From a virus: DNA of 64,000 nt. The notes below the pieces were generated by a model. It did not search any database. It saw only the letters and a list, made by a program, of their open reading frames with translations, and was not told the origin of the DNA. Positions 30,001-38,238 of this stretch are shown piece by piece; position 1 is the first letter of the stretch, and each line of letters starts with the position of its first letter. The translations under genes were made by a program, and so were the position numbers. Location: positions 23,821 through 87,820 of the IMG/VR virus record IMGVR_UViG_3300009537_000002, one strand, 5' to 3'.

Positions 30001-31474
30001 AGGTTTCACCTTCGCCCATGGCCTGTTGTTGCATAAAGCTTTGTTCACCAATCATTAGCCTTGGATCTACATAAGCAGCCTTGAGTTTTGGACGGACAGC
30101 ATTGGAGTAGGCCAAGGCCTCACCTTCAGCTTGGACGGCACGATAGTATCCACTACCTTTCTGACCAAGAGCCTTCATGCTCTCTTCTGCGATTTGGAAT
30201 TCACGAAAGATCTGTTCTGGACGACGTGAATAGTCTACGGGACCAAGGGCATAGCGTTCCCATTCTGCCGTTGACAACATGCCTTCGGCTAAACCTTTCG
30301 GGCCTACACCACCACGAAGACCCAACTCTCTACCAGCGGCAGATCCCATAGCAACACGGATCTCATCGTCGGTCATTGCGCGGAAACCTGGACGATACTC
30401 GGCTCCACCTCTGCGAACACCCACAGGTGCGACCATCTCAACGGCCATCCCACGAAGTGCTTCACGTTGAGCCTGAGCAGCGGTGCGACTTTCGAGTATG
30501 TTGGCAGGAGTAGTTTCCAGTTCTCCAAAGATCCTTCCTCTCAGCTGCTTAATCGCACGCTCTACATCGCCTTGTGTTTTGAGTCGTCCACCAATTTCAG
30601 GAGCGATACCACGCTCAAGCTCCTGGAGAAACATTTCAGTACGACCGATACGCTGGAGTTTTCCTCCTTCGCCCATAACTACAAAGTCTGGAGCGATACG
30701 ACGTGTCTGTAGTGCCATGCCTTCAGCTATCATCCCACCTGATACCTGAGGCAATTGCACACGAACATCGCCAACACGAGTGCCTTCAAAGATCACGTTC
30801 CAGGCTCCCAACCCCTCACCTGCAAGTTCAGGCCGTGTGATACCGAACATCTGTCGGCCAGTTCCACCCATAGCTGCTTGAACACGTTCGATGCCAGACA
30901 TGAAAGGAGCAGGGATAGGAGTAGCCATTGCGATAGTTGCCTTTGGAGACAAACCTTGAATCTGGTTCACTCCCACAAAGTTGGGTAGACCAAATTGTGT
31001 GGCTTGGGCAGTGAGTGTTCCAACGTTTCTTTCGAAGCGCTGCCAAATACGACCTGCAGCTACAGAGGTTTGACCAGCCATTGTGGCCGAGATTGCCGAG
31101 CGAGCTTCCGCTGGGGTCATGTTCATGATGCCTTCGGTAAGACCCAGCATCTGCTTTCTTGTGAACGGATCGACAGACTGAGTTGCCCACGCCCAGGCTC
31201 TACGTTGAACATCGGTCCTGCTGTACTGCATGAATCGATTGACGTCTTCGATGCTAGGGATAGGTGGGCCGCGGCGTGATGCCTGCCTGCCAAGAGTACG
31301 CATGGCCTGGTCAATGCCAGCCTCGCGTGGTTGTTTCAGTGATCCTTCAACGTGGATACCTTTCAATGCAGCAGCAATACCCACAGTGAGAGGAGTAGCA
31401 GCAATAGCAGTTCTGAGTAGACTACCACCGCTACGATCCGGAAACTGAGGATCGCTATCTCTACGTTCAGCCAT
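27083..31474 (-). CDS. Putative single-chain two-barrel virion RNA polymerase at the tape-measure locus
   Basis: Motifs in order: GGKLFGGAK (K572/K578), VDIIIS, RGKVLGS, GRHP (R995), GDKDAD (D1054/D1056/D1058), QAPISAKH (Q1164-H1171). No Cys in 1463 aa. Confidence 0.78.
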   Translation of the reverse strand: MAERRDSDPQFPDRSGGSLLRTAIAATPLTVGIAAALKGIHVEGSLKQPREAGIDQAMRTLGRQASRRGPPIPSIEDVNRFMQYSRTDVQRRAWAWATQSVDPFTRKQMLGLTEGIMNMTPAEARSAISATMAGQTSVAAGRIWQRFERNVGTLTAQATQFGLPNFVGVNQIQGLSPKATIAMATPIPAPFMSGIERVQAAMGGTGRQMFGITRPELAGEGLGAWNVIFEGTRVGDVRVQLPQVSGGMIAEGMALQTRRIAPDFVVMGEGGKLQRIGRTEMFLQELERGIAPEIGGRLKTQGDVERAIKQLRGRIFGELETTPANILESRTAAQAQREALRGMAVEMVAPVGVRRGGAEYRPGFRAMTDDEIRVAMGSAAGRELGLRGGVGPKGLAEGMLSTAEWERYALGPVDYSRRPEQIFREFQIAEESMKALGQKGSGYYRAVQAEGEALAYSNAVRPKLKAAYVDPRLMIGEQSFMQQQAMGEGETLFRARTGDKMIFEESVTQKLIRAREDIAGGGIRGGEVLGLTPEGKPFTLPEGAAITGVRRAAGEEVSVEILRRHQFAHGGKLFGGAKALALFREEQAFGGALRQLGIHDRNVDIIISMDELRKNRALHRRQMVDSLQGILERRGAPFTRAQARFMAAPGEAFAAQAFKGGAFSHRRFTERAMQFAVGMMDVTEREFGEAFGAVPYVMGGTAEKGGRGVVSAMLARAGLRGKALGTFEEALQRGTAMGLPEFAYGGPMLDVGGLGSVEPRVFDILKGGALGTAGGDVSEELMQRLAATSPETLIAHQELQKTLATMSGTAAPAGAAIFRQGENFQKFLERGGGVIRGAGQEIYVPGMDIMTQLRPYETHAGVTSRGRLSEIYGDIAAKVGQAEEGLISQEELTRQLGFQRDILRREFVPAGKGIGAVARGKVLGSRFLRGVSAQRVGGAATAIREANVVGITRENFLGMWNEMVETGLYKGDIEALEAMRTRFEKGGEIAGMLGRHPLLGEFSMQPVRMRMVEGRSNLIVLPEITKNVRVATEVGGAFEEKTLTLGPLVGLAGDKDADAYSTFLLGPRNEEALRKASMLQDSEYARRYTQHQVRMQLFKAGKAATGAETIPLKQMMAEVEKLSVGQKWIAPLSLEMTAAKRSLTKFGQGAAASDARFLLEWLEQAPISAKHMSALEAAEGGLQGLMMSITDAMQGRDAKTLEGNIATIVKDDTVAKAMLQGTVHLDAEGAKAISSATGTKMAQQIQGINVHSATREMMRSLNEADRTGFTRTAELLAGRGARAKQIEIAELSARTAFMGMQEAPGMMKKVATAYSTATNKMGALGAGLLRHHKAIGLGFAGTLALGAILSDPPKTVGSGRGKIPDARLNMNRRKAVNRMRPEDVHPGTKDVGSPTTPLVMRNQNVRLSMSPPSGGARVAARAPAGVDGTALASGFAGMGRNTSVNLRDNRSRLSPHEIASKLM

Positions 31475-34400
31475 TATACCAATCCGTCTAGAGCAGCATC
31501 ATAGTCGACGTCTTGCTCAATGTCGATATCAACACCAGGGAAGTTCCTGTGGAACACACTGGCCCGAGCTCCTTGTGGAATTAGGAGTTCATCTATTCTA
31601 TCCTGCATTTCTCCTGGACTCAATTGCTCTGGGTTCATCAGAGGAGCAATAGCGGACTCGTTGATGAATGGTTTGTTCACCAACGCTTGTGCACGCGAAG
31701 GCCACAGGTCAAAGTCATGCATGTCTTCACCCATACTCTGCACCACCTTAAGCTTCACATCTTCCAGGTCAACAGACGGATGCCATCCTACCCAGTCATC
31801 ACCAGGCAACGGTACTTCAGAGAGCAGCTTAGTTCTACGGTACCAGTCTCCATAGTTCTCACCAGGTAGCTTGGTCGCTACATACTCAGCAAACAACTCT
31901 TCGTTGTTTGGGAAACCTTCTGATCGAGCTTCATCTCTGATTTGTTCCAGAATGATATCTGCCTCAGCGATCTGGTCTTCTGACAATAGTCCAGCCTTCT
32001 CTGCTTTCTCTACATCCTGTTTGAACTGTAGCTTCCAGCGAGCAATGTAGAGAGCCTTCTCATTGTCAGGAACGAGCTCGAGGATCTTTGATCTCTCTTC
32101 CACAGTATCAGCTGCAGCAAATGAATTGAAGTAGTCTCGCTCACGTCTGGGGAGAGAACGGAAGATGTGAGAGAAGTTGTATGTGAATGGATTGAGGCCA
32201 AACAACGTCTCGTTCTTCTTAGCTTCAAACTCTTTCACGGCAGCAGTGTCACCGCTCATCCTAGCCAGGTTCGAAAGTCTTGCTTGCTTTGTGTATTCTA
32301 GGACATCAAAGTACTGCTCGAGACCACGTCTTTCCTTGATGTGTTCGGGAATGGAATCGAAGCCCATCGACTCACCTACCTTGGTAAGGAACGGACGGAT
32401 GAAGTCACGCATTGGATGTGACCAGAACGCGTTCTCCGTACCATAGATCTGACTGTTCTCATAGTCTTCAATTGCTGTTCGTTGGTGAATGAGTTTGGCT
32501 GCGGGTGATACTGGCGTGAGGACATCCAAAGATGTCTCAGCGTTGTGAGCTAACATTTCCCAGTAGCCACCAAAGAACTTGGCAAAGACACCCTGCTCTG
32601 GTTTTTCTGACGCCTTGATCCTATTGAGTTCTGCTAGTACTCCTTTTGATTCATCCTTGTAGTAAGCTCCTTCATCGTCTATGTCCCCAGTAGGACTCAG
32701 GTATTCGTATTCTGCGAACCTTCTCTTGATCTTCCTTTCCTTGAGTTGAGCTTCGGTCATCTTGTAGATGCCTTCCTCATACTCGCTCCAAGTCTCTAAT
32801 TTCCTTTGGCTTCTGATGCTCTGCAGCATGGACTTGTACTTGTCACTGTACGGAGCCACATCAGCGAGGATCTTGTACCTGTGGATATCAGGGTAGTCTT
32901 CAGGTTTGAAGTTCTGGAGCTCTGGGAAGCGGGCTGCATAACCGGCCCCTGGGAGCCGTAGCTCGCCCTCCTGGACCTTTGTATAGGGATCTCCATGAAG
33001 GAAGTCAGGAGACTTCTCTCCGGGCCCTGGGAGCCACTCAGGCATCATGTTTCTAATTGGGTTGTACAGAGGGATCTGACGCCTTCTGTGAGGGTACAAA
33101 CGCCTCAAAGCCTCTGTGGTTCCCAGTCCACCACCGATTTCAAGGTCCCAATAGTCTCTCTCAGTGCCAAAAGCACGTCGAGCGGACTCCAAACGCATGG
33201 TTTGGTCGAAAAAGTCAGCAGATCCAGTCAGTGCTTCCTTGATAGAAGAGATGGTGAAACCTGGAAGACCGATCATTTCAGTCATTCTGTAGGCTTGTTC
33301 ACCTGCTGTTCCTGTCAGATTGAAGGGGGTTTCAGCACGTCCAGGTGGAAGCTCTCCCAGTTCAGCTGCACGGCGCTCGCCAAAGCCAGGAGCCATGGCC
33401 AATTGTTCGCCACCAGGCCCCATCCACTCCTCAGTGTGCATCAAGACAGGTGGCTTGATGAGCCTACCAATCGTGTTGGCGAGAAGAGGTCCGATAAATG
33501 GAACATCTTCAAATGGGAGACTGGTGATAGGGTATGGTCGTTCTTCGTAGAACTCTCTCTCGAGATCATACGTGAACTCTTGTCTCCACCACTGTTGTAA
33601 TGGAGTCGGCGGCTTGTCTCCCCAAATGGAGACTTCTTTTGACCTCTGTTGCATACGGGCATACCAGTGAGGTCTGTAGTACATGATTCGGTTGCCTTCC
33701 CATGGTGTGCGACCAAACTCCCACCATCTACCCTTTCTGATTGGTACTTCCTGTTGACCAGAGTAGATGCGTTCGAGCTCGTCTGGCCTAGTGGAAGGAA
33801 CCAGTGCACCAGGTAGGAAAGGAGCAATAAGTGCTAACCCGAGGCCTGCACCAGCGAGACCAGCCAGCTTGGTGGGTCCCATCTTGCCAACGAATGGATA
33901 AGCCTTATCTCCAAAGAGCCGACCAAAACGGCCCATCAGTCCCTCGGTGCCAAACTTAGTGATTTGCTCAGATGCCAGTGTACGTGCAGCAGCAGGACCA
34001 ATGCCCTTCGCATATTGCAATTGAGCCATCTTGCCTACTTGTGCTGCGTAGGAGATGCCAGCCGCGCCGAAGGCACCCATAATTGGGAATGCTAGAAGTC
34101 GAGATAGGTCGGTGCTACCAGGGGCTAGTCTTTCTTGTGCTTCACGGTATGCGTGAAGACCAGTAACTTCGGCCACGCTAGAGGCTAACTGATTAGCACC
34201 AGTCCAAATCGAAGCAAGTCCCGCAGTGAGTCCTTGGTTTAAAACAGTTTCATCAAAGACACTGGCCTCACGGAACATGTAGTCGAGTGATTGATAACCA
34301 AGAGCAAGTCCACCAGCTACAGCACCATACTTCCAAGCCAAACGGCCCAGCATTTGAGTGCCCGAACCATATGGGACAGCCAGTTGAATCCTTCTGCCGG

Positions 34401-35274
34401 TCAGGTTGTACAGCAGATCTTGAGCTCCACCGAACACCGTTCTAAACGGCTGCATTTCGAATGGTGCTTCAAGCAGTCGATTGAAACGAGAAACAAACTC
34501 AGTGCCAATGGCGCCAAGCTGTCTACCTGCATAACCCCACGGTGTTTGCGCTCCAATGATTTGACGATGGAACTTGCCTGTTGCTAGACCAAGTTCTTCT
34601 CCAAACATACGAGCGTCGCCAGCTGCCATACCGAAACGAGCTCCAGTGCCAAAGCCCATTGAACGTGCATAGCCTGAGCCAAGATGTTTACCAGCAATAG
34701 AACCTAAGTATGACTCGCTCTCTCTCAGGACAGGATCAGAAATAGGACTGATCATCGCACCTGCATAGCGCAGAGCAACGTCACCGGTCTGACCAAAGTA
34801 GAGACTGCCACCACGGAATGTTACACCTTCTTTGAGTACTCGAGCATGAGTACCTGGTGCATCACCTGTTAGCTGAGCAAGGTATCTTGCATATCCACGA
34901 CCTGCATCAGAACGAAGAAATGTTCCGGCAACAGAGAAGCCTTGTCGTGCCTGAGTGGTGAACTGAGAGAAGAAAGTAGAAGCCTGGAAGGTACGAAACA
35001 CACCACCCGGTGAGTACTCTTCGATAGCACGTAGACCACCAACATAGTAATCCCACATCCTCCTACCACCACCGACTGGGATGAAACCGCCTGCCAGTAT
35101 TCCACCAGCAACAGCTCCAGCAGTCAGCATGCCAGATGTTGGATGTGCCTCCTCATAGAAACCACTCGGTGGGCGGTTGGTCCACACATCTGGTTGCTGA
35201 CGCGGATCACCCATGGATGGCCCATAATAGGCACGTGTATCCGTGAGGCTAAATCTGTTGGGGTACCTTGGCAC
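31474..35274 (-). CDS. Tape-measure-like / ejection protein with hydrophobic segments
   Basis: 1266 aa directly after the tail chaperones; several Gly/Ala-rich hydrophobic stretches; no Cys. Confidence 0.6.
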   Translation of the reverse strand: MPRYPNRFSLTDTRAYYGPSMGDPRQQPDVWTNRPPSGFYEEAHPTSGMLTAGAVAGGILAGGFIPVGGGRRMWDYYVGGLRAIEEYSPGGVFRTFQASTFFSQFTTQARQGFSVAGTFLRSDAGRGYARYLAQLTGDAPGTHARVLKEGVTFRGGSLYFGQTGDVALRYAGAMISPISDPVLRESESYLGSIAGKHLGSGYARSMGFGTGARFGMAAGDARMFGEELGLATGKFHRQIIGAQTPWGYAGRQLGAIGTEFVSRFNRLLEAPFEMQPFRTVFGGAQDLLYNLTGRRIQLAVPYGSGTQMLGRLAWKYGAVAGGLALGYQSLDYMFREASVFDETVLNQGLTAGLASIWTGANQLASSVAEVTGLHAYREAQERLAPGSTDLSRLLAFPIMGAFGAAGISYAAQVGKMAQLQYAKGIGPAAARTLASEQITKFGTEGLMGRFGRLFGDKAYPFVGKMGPTKLAGLAGAGLGLALIAPFLPGALVPSTRPDELERIYSGQQEVPIRKGRWWEFGRTPWEGNRIMYYRPHWYARMQQRSKEVSIWGDKPPTPLQQWWRQEFTYDLEREFYEERPYPITSLPFEDVPFIGPLLANTIGRLIKPPVLMHTEEWMGPGGEQLAMAPGFGERRAAELGELPPGRAETPFNLTGTAGEQAYRMTEMIGLPGFTISSIKEALTGSADFFDQTMRLESARRAFGTERDYWDLEIGGGLGTTEALRRLYPHRRRQIPLYNPIRNMMPEWLPGPGEKSPDFLHGDPYTKVQEGELRLPGAGYAARFPELQNFKPEDYPDIHRYKILADVAPYSDKYKSMLQSIRSQRKLETWSEYEEGIYKMTEAQLKERKIKRRFAEYEYLSPTGDIDDEGAYYKDESKGVLAELNRIKASEKPEQGVFAKFFGGYWEMLAHNAETSLDVLTPVSPAAKLIHQRTAIEDYENSQIYGTENAFWSHPMRDFIRPFLTKVGESMGFDSIPEHIKERRGLEQYFDVLEYTKQARLSNLARMSGDTAAVKEFEAKKNETLFGLNPFTYNFSHIFRSLPRRERDYFNSFAAADTVEERSKILELVPDNEKALYIARWKLQFKQDVEKAEKAGLLSEDQIAEADIILEQIRDEARSEGFPNNEELFAEYVATKLPGENYGDWYRRTKLLSEVPLPGDDWVGWHPSVDLEDVKLKVVQSMGEDMHDFDLWPSRAQALVNKPFINESAIAPLMNPEQLSPGEMQDRIDELLIPQGARASVFHRNFPGVDIDIEQDVDYDAALDGLV

Positions 35275-36317
35275 TATCTACGTCGGCGGGCTGCTTTCCT
35301 TTCTTTACGCTTTCTGGCTTCTTCGCGAACCTTGAGTAACTTAGGCAGCTCTTCCTTTGCTGCGTCTAAAGCTTTTTGTGCACGATCGACATTGGCGAGT
35401 CTGTTCTTCTCCATGCGCTCGAGTGCAGCAGCCTTCCTTTCCTCCGGTGTGAGAATTTTGAGTTCTTTACCTTCTCTCAAATCTTCTAGATATCCTTCAT
35501 AAACTTCAGCCGTCTCACCAGTCTTAATGATCTGTTCTACCGCATCGCCACCAATGAAAGTTTGATGTTCTCGGATATCAGCCTTACTGATGATTGTACG
35601 CTCTTCGGGGGCAATTGAAAGTGGTGGTGGCTTTGCATCACCAGCCAGCTCTGCCTGACGACCCATGATCTGTTCACGTGCAGCTGTTCTAGATTGCTTG
35701 ACAGAATCTGGCACTGTAATGCCCTGCTGCTCATAGTAACGATCCATCATCTCAGAGTTCTCTTGTCTTCTCTTGGCTCGTTCTGCTTCTGCATCAACTT
35801 GAGCCTCAGCAGCTGCTTCTGGGTGATCAAAGTGTAGAGGCTCAGTAATAATGCCAGTCTGCAACATCTTTCTCTCACCCATTGCCACCCTGAGCATCAG
35901 CGTAGAATAGTCCATCTCGTAGACTTCTTCTGGCTTATACGCAGGAAAAGCCTGGCACACAAAATTAACCAAGTCGTTAAGAATCTTAGTGGCAGCAGTA
36001 CGGTTGAAGTCCATCACCTGGTTGAGCTCTTCAACGTTAGATGGACCAGAGTAGGACAAAATTGTGGCGACTACTGTGGCAACAATACCCGCCTTTAGTT
36101 GATTGATGCCCTTAACTAGAGCTGTGTCGAGTACACACTTCTTGAAAATCTCATCCTCCAGATAAGCCGGTGGATGTGCGCCCAAAGCAAGCGCGTCTTG
36201 ATGTTCAATAAATTCCCCCATAGAGAGAGGACGCCATGGGATGATCTGGCCTGTTGGTAATCTGGTTGCAAAGGCATCGCCGTGCTCCTCTCTCAGATAG
36301 AGCAACTGTTCTTGCAT
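35274..36317 (-). CDS. Tail assembly chaperone 2 (with charged C-terminal extension)
   Basis: Position between tube and tape-measure genes. LREEHG...WRPLSMGEF...EDEIFKKCVL is paralogous to 36319..36801. Confidence 0.6.
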   Translation of the reverse strand: MQEQLLYLREEHGDAFATRLPTGQIIPWRPLSMGEFIEHQDALALGAHPPAYLEDEIFKKCVLDTALVKGINQLKAGIVATVVATILSYSGPSNVEELNQVMDFNRTAATKILNDLVNFVCQAFPAYKPEEVYEMDYSTLMLRVAMGERKMLQTGIITEPLHFDHPEAAAEAQVDAEAERAKRRQENSEMMDRYYEQQGITVPDSVKQSRTAAREQIMGRQAELAGDAKPPPLSIAPEERTIISKADIREHQTFIGGDAVEQIIKTGETAEVYEGYLEDLREGKELKILTPEERKAAALERMEKNRLANVDRAQKALDAAKEELPKLLKVREEARKRKERKAARRRR

Positions 36318-36318
36318 G

Positions 36319-36801
36319 TTAGAGCTTGACTACAAACTGAGACGCATAAGCAGGATTGACAAAGTTAGACTGCTGCAGGATCTGCTCGTGCAGAGTGCTC
36401 ATGCTTCCTGCCTTTTTCTCTAGGGCTTCCAAACCCGGAGGAGATCCCCAAAGAACACAGTTCTCGACAATCTTCTGTTCGACGTCGAAGCTGGTCATTG
36501 GATTGCCCTGCTGTTGTGATTGGGCAATGTACATTTGGAGATTAACGAACTCTTCTCGGGTAATGGGTCTGAAAATAAAGATCTCTGTTTCTCCTAGCGG
36601 AGAACACAGCACTTCACCAAACTCCTGCTTCCACTTCTCAATAGCAGCGTCGTCAGGTGCGCCAGAGAACGTCTGAAGGATTTCCCCCAGCGTCTTTTCC
36701 TTTGGTTCTTCTTGTGTCTCTTCTGGCTCTGCTTTCTGCTCTGGTTCTATTGGCTCTGGTGGTCTCGAGAGATCCATCTCGGCCTTCTTTTCATCAGTCA
36801 T
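36319..36801 (-). CDS. Tail assembly chaperone 1
   Basis: IEKWKQEFGEV...FIFRPITREEF...EQKIVENCVLW; GGAGG RBS. Confidence 0.65.
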   Translation of the reverse strand: MTDEKKAEMDLSRPPEPIEPEQKAEPEETQEEPKEKTLGEILQTFSGAPDDAAIEKWKQEFGEVLCSPLGETEIFIFRPITREEFVNLQMYIAQSQQQGNPMTSFDVEQKIVENCVLWGSPPGLEALEKKAGSMSTLHEQILQQSNFVNPAYASQFVVKL

Positions 36802-36811
36802 GATACCTCCA

Positions 36812-37384
36812 TTAGATCAATGTTCTTGCTATGAATGTATATTGCTCCTGAAGCCTTTGTAGATCAAGGAAGTTATTGCTAACTTCCTGTTCATAGCTAG
36901 TCTTGCCAATATGACAACTTTTACACAATAGTTGGCAATTGTCGATACTTCCTGTTCCGCCAATACATACAGGAATGATGTGATCAAATTCGCCTTTTTG
37001 AAAGAGGCCTTCACGGCAAATATTACACTTGTCTTCCTGGCCAAGCCTAACTGCTTTCATTGCGATTGCGCTAAACCTGTTTTTTCGATGCTTGATTTGA
37101 GACCTATCAGCAACATATCTAGGGTGGTTCTTGCCAGAGGCTCTAAAAATGGCTGGATCATTTTTATTGAACTGGTGGCGATAAGGACCACTAGCGATGT
37201 TTTCGATATTCTTTTTTTGAATTTTCTCTAGGTACTCAGAGTGTTTATAGAGTCCGAGTCTCCTCGCTTTGATTCTAGTGGCAGGTAGAGAACGATTTAA
37301 GGTCTTAGCAACAACACTGTCAGAAGTCGTAGGAAAAATACATTTGAGAGTTTCGATTTCAAAATCCGTCCATTTAGAAGCCAT
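36812..37384 (-). mobile_element. Free-standing HNH homing endonuclease
   Basis: CNIC...FDHIIPVCIGGTGSIDNCQLLCKSCH; N-terminal HTH/Myb-like KWTDFEIETL...ARRLGL; AT-rich (20/60 GC in line 37201). Confidence 0.85.
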
Positions 37385-38238
37385 TAGATTAGTGTCCTGG
37401 CAATGAAGGTGTATTGTTCCTGGATAGGAAGTCCGTCAATCTGTATTTGCTTAGACTTACCAAGGATATAGACATTCCTAATACGTTCGATCGTATGGTT
37501 GGCGTAGTCGTCACCGGCAAAATCACCAAAGGTTACGTACAAGTCGAATGGGTTGAGCCTATTGTCGTCCGCCCGGCGATCTTCTTGATCTAGCTGGGCT
37601 GGACTCTTTCTCCAAAGGGCGTTTTCAAAGGCTTCAAAGCGATTCTCTGCGCGTCCAACAGATCTCTCTTCTGGATCTGTAGCAGCACGGAACCTCTGAG
37701 TAGAGGCAAAACCACCCAAGTTGGCACCAAGAGAATTAGCAGCAAAGAAGTCTCGGAAGTCTTCCTCGATCCTAGCCTGTTGATCTCCTTCTTGTTGCCT
37801 ACGTGCCAAGTCTAGGAGGAACTGGTTTCGTTCAAATACAGATGTTTCACCATTGACGATCTGTTCGATGTTCTGTCTCTCAGCATCACCAGGTCGGCCG
37901 CCCACGTCTTTGACATTGTCAAATGGACCCTGGGTCCTAGCAGTCAGAGATGTCTTGTTGCGATGAAGTTTTCGATAGCGATCCAAGATTAACCACAGGT
38001 AGCCAGCTTCTTTGAAGTTGACTGTGAACGTGCCGGTAACCAAGATGTGACCTTCGGATACATCGTCGAACAAAGTAGAAGCATACCCGTAGATTGGAGA
38101 ACGAGATTGCGTGTATCCGTACGCCAAGGTGGTGACTTCATCTACCCAGACGTCACCAATGTATAGTGATACCTGAGCACCAGAGAAGTACTCAACGTTA
38201 TAGACACCACGACGTACTACATTTGCTTCCTGTCCCAT
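37384..38238 (-). CDS. Tail tube-like protein (paralog 3; tube initiator/baseplate-proximal)
   Basis: YFSGAQVSLYIGDVWVDEVTTLAY...SPIYGY...VTGTFTVNF aligns with the major tube protein. Confidence 0.7.
   Translation of the reverse strand: MGQEANVVRRGVYNVEYFSGAQVSLYIGDVWVDEVTTLAYGYTQSRSPIYGYASTLFDDVSEGHILVTGTFTVNFKEAGYLWLILDRYRKLHRNKTSLTARTQGPFDNVKDVGGRPGDAERQNIEQIVNGETSVFERNQFLLDLARRQQEGDQQARIEEDFRDFFAANSLGANLGGFASTQRFRAATDPEERSVGRAENRFEAFENALWRKSPAQLDQEDRRADDNRLNPFDLYVTFGDFAGDDYANHTIERIRNVYILGKSKQIQIDGLPIQEQYTFIARTLI

Noticed and set aside
36300-36340. Programmed -1 frameshift between tail chaperones
   Set aside because: No convincing X XXY YYZ slippery site near the first stop, and the second gene has its own ATG and a complete paralogous domain.
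36812-37384. HNH as part of a group I intron or intein in the tube gene
   Set aside because: The host ORF is complete with its own stop before the HNH, and there is no room for intron core structure and no intein splice motifs.
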